Positions 60,301-64,000 of a stretch of DNA of 64,000 nt are shown in pieces. A program made the translations under genes and the position numbers. The stretch comes from Diadema antillarum (taxonomy: Eukaryota), in assembly GCF_040938485.1 (NCBI RefSeq), contig NW_027272059.1:186001-250000 (forward strand). The letters are read 5' to 3'. The stretch's first letter is position 1, and the number at the start of each line of letters is the position of its first letter. The notes beneath the pieces are model-generated. The model saw only the letters and a list, made by a program, of their open reading frames with translations. It was not told the DNA's origin and made no database searches.

Positions 60301-61251
60301 TGAAACTTGGATGTGATTGAGGGTACCACCAGCTTGGAATGTGTGATTTGTGTCCTCAAGCACTTTGAATCTGTACTTATTGTGCATAGAGAGTGTGGTG
60401 ATCAGGGTATGATAGCACTGCATAGTGTTTATATGTACATTACCGGTATATTTCACAAAAGTTTTTATGTTTATACATTTCTTGAGTTGACTGATCATTA
60501 TTCACAAAATTCACAGCTCATGAAAATATTGCTTTCTGTCACACAACTGCATTGTCTGATGTTGTACATGTTTTCCAAGTTGGGAAATCACTAACTTTTC
60601 TCTTTCAAAAGGATATTTTCATTCCTTGCCCATGGTTCTCAATCTGAATTAAACCACTCGCAAAATTATCATGCTGGTCCCAATTTATGAAATATCATAC
60701 TCATGATGAAATCTATGGTGTATGGTTACATTATAGGTATTTTATTCTACTGTGCCACATAGTTAAGGCTTTTTGTTGTTTCTTTTGTATTTGGTCACCT
60801 AACATGTGGAGATGATTCTAAAAATAATGCTATTTGTTTCCTGCTCCTTACAAGATAGTGCATTCATGATCAATAAACAAAGCAAACATAGTTTCTACTT
60901 TCTTCCAATAAGAAAAAGAAATAATAAGTGAGAGGTTAACTGATTAAGATTAAATAAAAGGCTACCTTCTTTTTATTTTTCTGATTTAGGCTGCTCATAA
61001 TTTTTGCCATCTACCGGTAATTTTTGCTTTACTCTTGCTTTTCCACCACTACCAATGTAGGTTAAGGTACATTTTGTTAGTTAGTATAGATAACACTCAG
61101 TATTTGATATGGTTCCATACTGTATATTGCACCATACTGATTCATGTAGATGCATGAAAGAAAAAAAAAATGTTTTTTACAAGGTTAAGAAAATGATGAA
61201 GTAATTGTGCCAGTGTTAACAAAGAGTTTCCTCTGTTTCAATTCTTTGCAG

Positions 61252-61324
61252 TGTGCTAGGATCTGAGTCAAGGAAGCACCAGCTTGAGGACTTCTGGCCA
61301 TTCAGTGCTCATATTTTCTTTGAG
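61252..61324 (+). other. Candidate internal exon of the unidentified plus-strand transcript
   Basis: Pyrimidine-rich acceptor (ctgtttcaattctttgcAG) and GAG|GTATGT donor; no recognisable protein homology. Confidence 0.3.
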
Positions 61325-61431
61325 GTATGTCAACCAATGTGTGTTTTCTCTAGGGAGGGCAGGAGAAAACTGTCTTTGGAGGACCCTTTTAATTCTCAAA
61401 ACATTTTCATCTCAAATCTAACCCCATCTAA

Positions 61432-61523
61432 TGTCTGATTTAATGACATTTTCCAGTTTATGTCGTATAATGTCTAATTTGTCTGATGTCTGATTTAATG
61501 ACATTTTCCAGCTTATGTCGTAT
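61432..61523. repeat. 37-bp local duplication
   Basis: tgtctgatttaatgacattttccag[t/c]ttatgtcgtat at 61432 and 61487. Confidence 0.85.
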
Positions 61524-64000
61524 CTCTGCTTAGTGGAGGGAGATAGCAAAAAAACAAACAAACAAACAACAAATGTACATTGAAAAATTTCACTAGACAT
61601 AATTTGTGGCTGTGATATTTTGATGTTACATGATGAGAGGTTCTTTCAAGTCTTTTTTCCCTAGTTATTTTGGAGACCTTAAAGCTGGTATGTGCTTTGA
61701 TGAGAGAGAAACTTTTCTGACTTCTGATGTCAAGGCATCCCCTCACAAATGAGAAGTTGACCCAACCATAGATGGGGATAAAGTTGATCATATTGTATTA
61801 GACAAATATTGCAAAGTTATTCTGTGTGACCATCAGGTGGTTTCTGACATTATGGAATAGGCGTGTAATGGTAGATCTCAGATTGTAGTCTTATGTCAGA
61901 GATGATCATTTCAGAGAGCTCTACATTTATATTATCTCGGCATAATGGCTGAAATATCTTAATATCTCACTTTCCTTGCAACCTTATATTTACAGCGCTT
62001 CGCCATACTTACCCACCCCAAATTTACAGTTGCTATTTGTTATATCTCTTTATCATGGCATGCATTACACATAGAATTCTATCACACTACTTGTCATATC
62101 TCAGAAGAAATACAATATGTATCTGTGATTGCTGCGTGTCCATGGATGCGCAAAGCATTAGAACGAGAAATTGAACCTACGTGTAGTCTCTGTCAAGCTG
62201 TTCTTTTGATACATAGTTTGAGGACTCTTCTTCATCTTTACGGCCAGGAACCAGCATCCCGTCAGTCTGTGATGTAGGACAGGAACTTATGTCGATCCAC
62301 TCAAGGTTGAATGTGTGTGTGTGTGTGTTTGTGTGTGTCATCCAAGCTGACGTACTGTACCTGTACACCTCAAAATGATCTACTGCATTCAGAGTCCTTT
62401 TGGATCACCGCAAGAGATGATGGGGGGGGGGGGGGGGGGTATAGAATACTTCTTGCAGAGCTCTGCCATTGGTCAAGTGCATAGTGGATAGTTTATGTTC
62501 ATACTGTAACCTATCCATTCCTGTAGGTTTGTTGTTCCATCACTCTTCAAGCAGCTAACCATGATAGTCAAAATCAAACAAACATCACCAAAAAAAAAGA
62601 AAAAAAAAGAAGACAACATACACGTCTGGATTTTGCGGAATCCAGAAATGATACATAAAAAAAAAACCAAGAAACAAAATCTAATGTATAAATGTTATAT
62701 ATCATTGAGGTGTGAAGTTATTAAATTTGATTATGTGAAATGCTTCCAGTGCTTTATAAGAAGAGTGCAATTGGATACAGGGTGCGCTCTTCATACCAAG
62801 GTACCAGTTGCATTCACGTTCTCACTTGAATCTTCTTGGGTTGATCAGGCTGTTGTTAGTGGTACAGGCAAGCATGCCTTTCCTCCACAGATGAAACTAA
62901 TATTCAGTCTCACTTCCTTCCTGCCCCCGAGTGCTGCTCACTTCTGGGTAACTTCCCATGTTGTCAAGGACATCTTCATACTCTCCATCCTTCATCCGTT
63001 GACATGTTTTTCTTCCACTTCTCTTTGCAGTGTTCTCCACAAAATTGAGTGTCACTAAAATGGTTATAAGGCTTGGGAAACAGCTCGGTGCAAATGATTT
63101 CAGTTCGATAATCCCTATTGCCTCTCAGTTTACATGATGAGAACTTTTGATGACTCATAAAAGGTAGATTTGACCGTGCAAAGTATCCCAAATGAGTATC
63201 ATCATTCAGTCAGAAAAGTTTTGATTTGAGGTATGTAGTTGGTCAAATGATTTAGCTTTGGCTTTCATTCTGTGCATTGTCAATTAATTGCCATATCACA
63301 ATTAGGAACATTCCCTTCCATTGTCTAGAACTAAATATACATGGCATATCATTACTCTTGCAGCTTTTATCCAGCAGTGGTTTCTATTGTGTGGGGTGCA
63401 TGCACTGCAAGGAATGTAGACATGGTGATAGGAATTTGTTTCTGAAGTACATTAATGTTGTCCTAAAGCTCCAGTTTACCTATAGATATAGAAGAATCAG
63501 CTCATCCTCAACAGGTTAATTGAAAAGTCTCCTCCAATGACAGTTGTCACAATTTATCATCATTTATGCTTAAATTTAGGCAATATACGCAAGTCAGCTA
63601 CATACCATCATTTAGGAAATGATCCAGAGAATGATAGAATATAAACAGAACCTGCCAAAGGTTAAATCTGCTAAAGGTTAAGTACTGACTATGCTCATAC
63701 AGCTCTTCTTTGCTGTGCTTTGGTGGGAACAAATGTAGAATAATTAAAGGGTATTCAAAAGGTCAAAGATCAACGCACTTTATGAGTAAACTGATTCCAT
63801 AGAATATGTAGGTTTTGCTCTCTTCTACATTTTTATAACTACGTCAGCTTGACTGCATGCAAAAATGAATGTGAAAGATATATGAATATATCATCTCTGC
63901 ATTACAACAGTTCAGAGAATAAAAATTAGCCCCTAGTGTATAGCAGTATGATTTCTTAGTACAGCTAGCTGTTTGGAAAGTGAGTGACTGCAGTTCCATA

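Noticed and set aside
59900-60450. Possible decayed L2 RT on the minus strand (GGLVFDPHV; HANE resembling YADD)
   Set aside because: Too degenerate to support without a profile search.
62177-63519. Several 63-165-aa ORFs near the right end
   Set aside because: No recognisable domains, low-complexity starts and no coherent splice structure.

Overview
This is eukaryotic, intron-rich, AT-rich animal genomic DNA. The repeat families and vertebrate-like intron positions suggest a marine invertebrate bilaterian, possibly an echinoderm, but the taxon is an inference. Three spliced genes can be rebuilt exon by exon with consistent GT-AG phases: ANKEF1 (minus strand, 3' end runs off the left edge), mitochondrial PNPase PNPT1 (plus strand, complete, 25 coding exons, 799 aa) and a d4/DPF-family BAF subunit (minus strand, complete, 9 coding exons, 407 aa). 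A CpG-rich region at about 55.4-55.85 kb has outward-facing splice donors and probably drives DPF plus an unidentified plus-strand transcript. Introns and intergenic DNA are dense in mobile DNA: L2/CR1 LINE ends, many TA-flanked MITEs, piggyBac-like and Kolobok-like MITEs, two Helentron-type HINEs, a THAP-bearing TIR element, foldback elements and a 71-bp satellite split by a LINE. I found no convincing evidence of a novel multi-gene system. The best leads are the THAP/40-bp-TIR element, a P-element-like excision footprint, the HINE pair, and alternative 5' and truncating exons of DPF. All alignments were done by eye; no database search was run.
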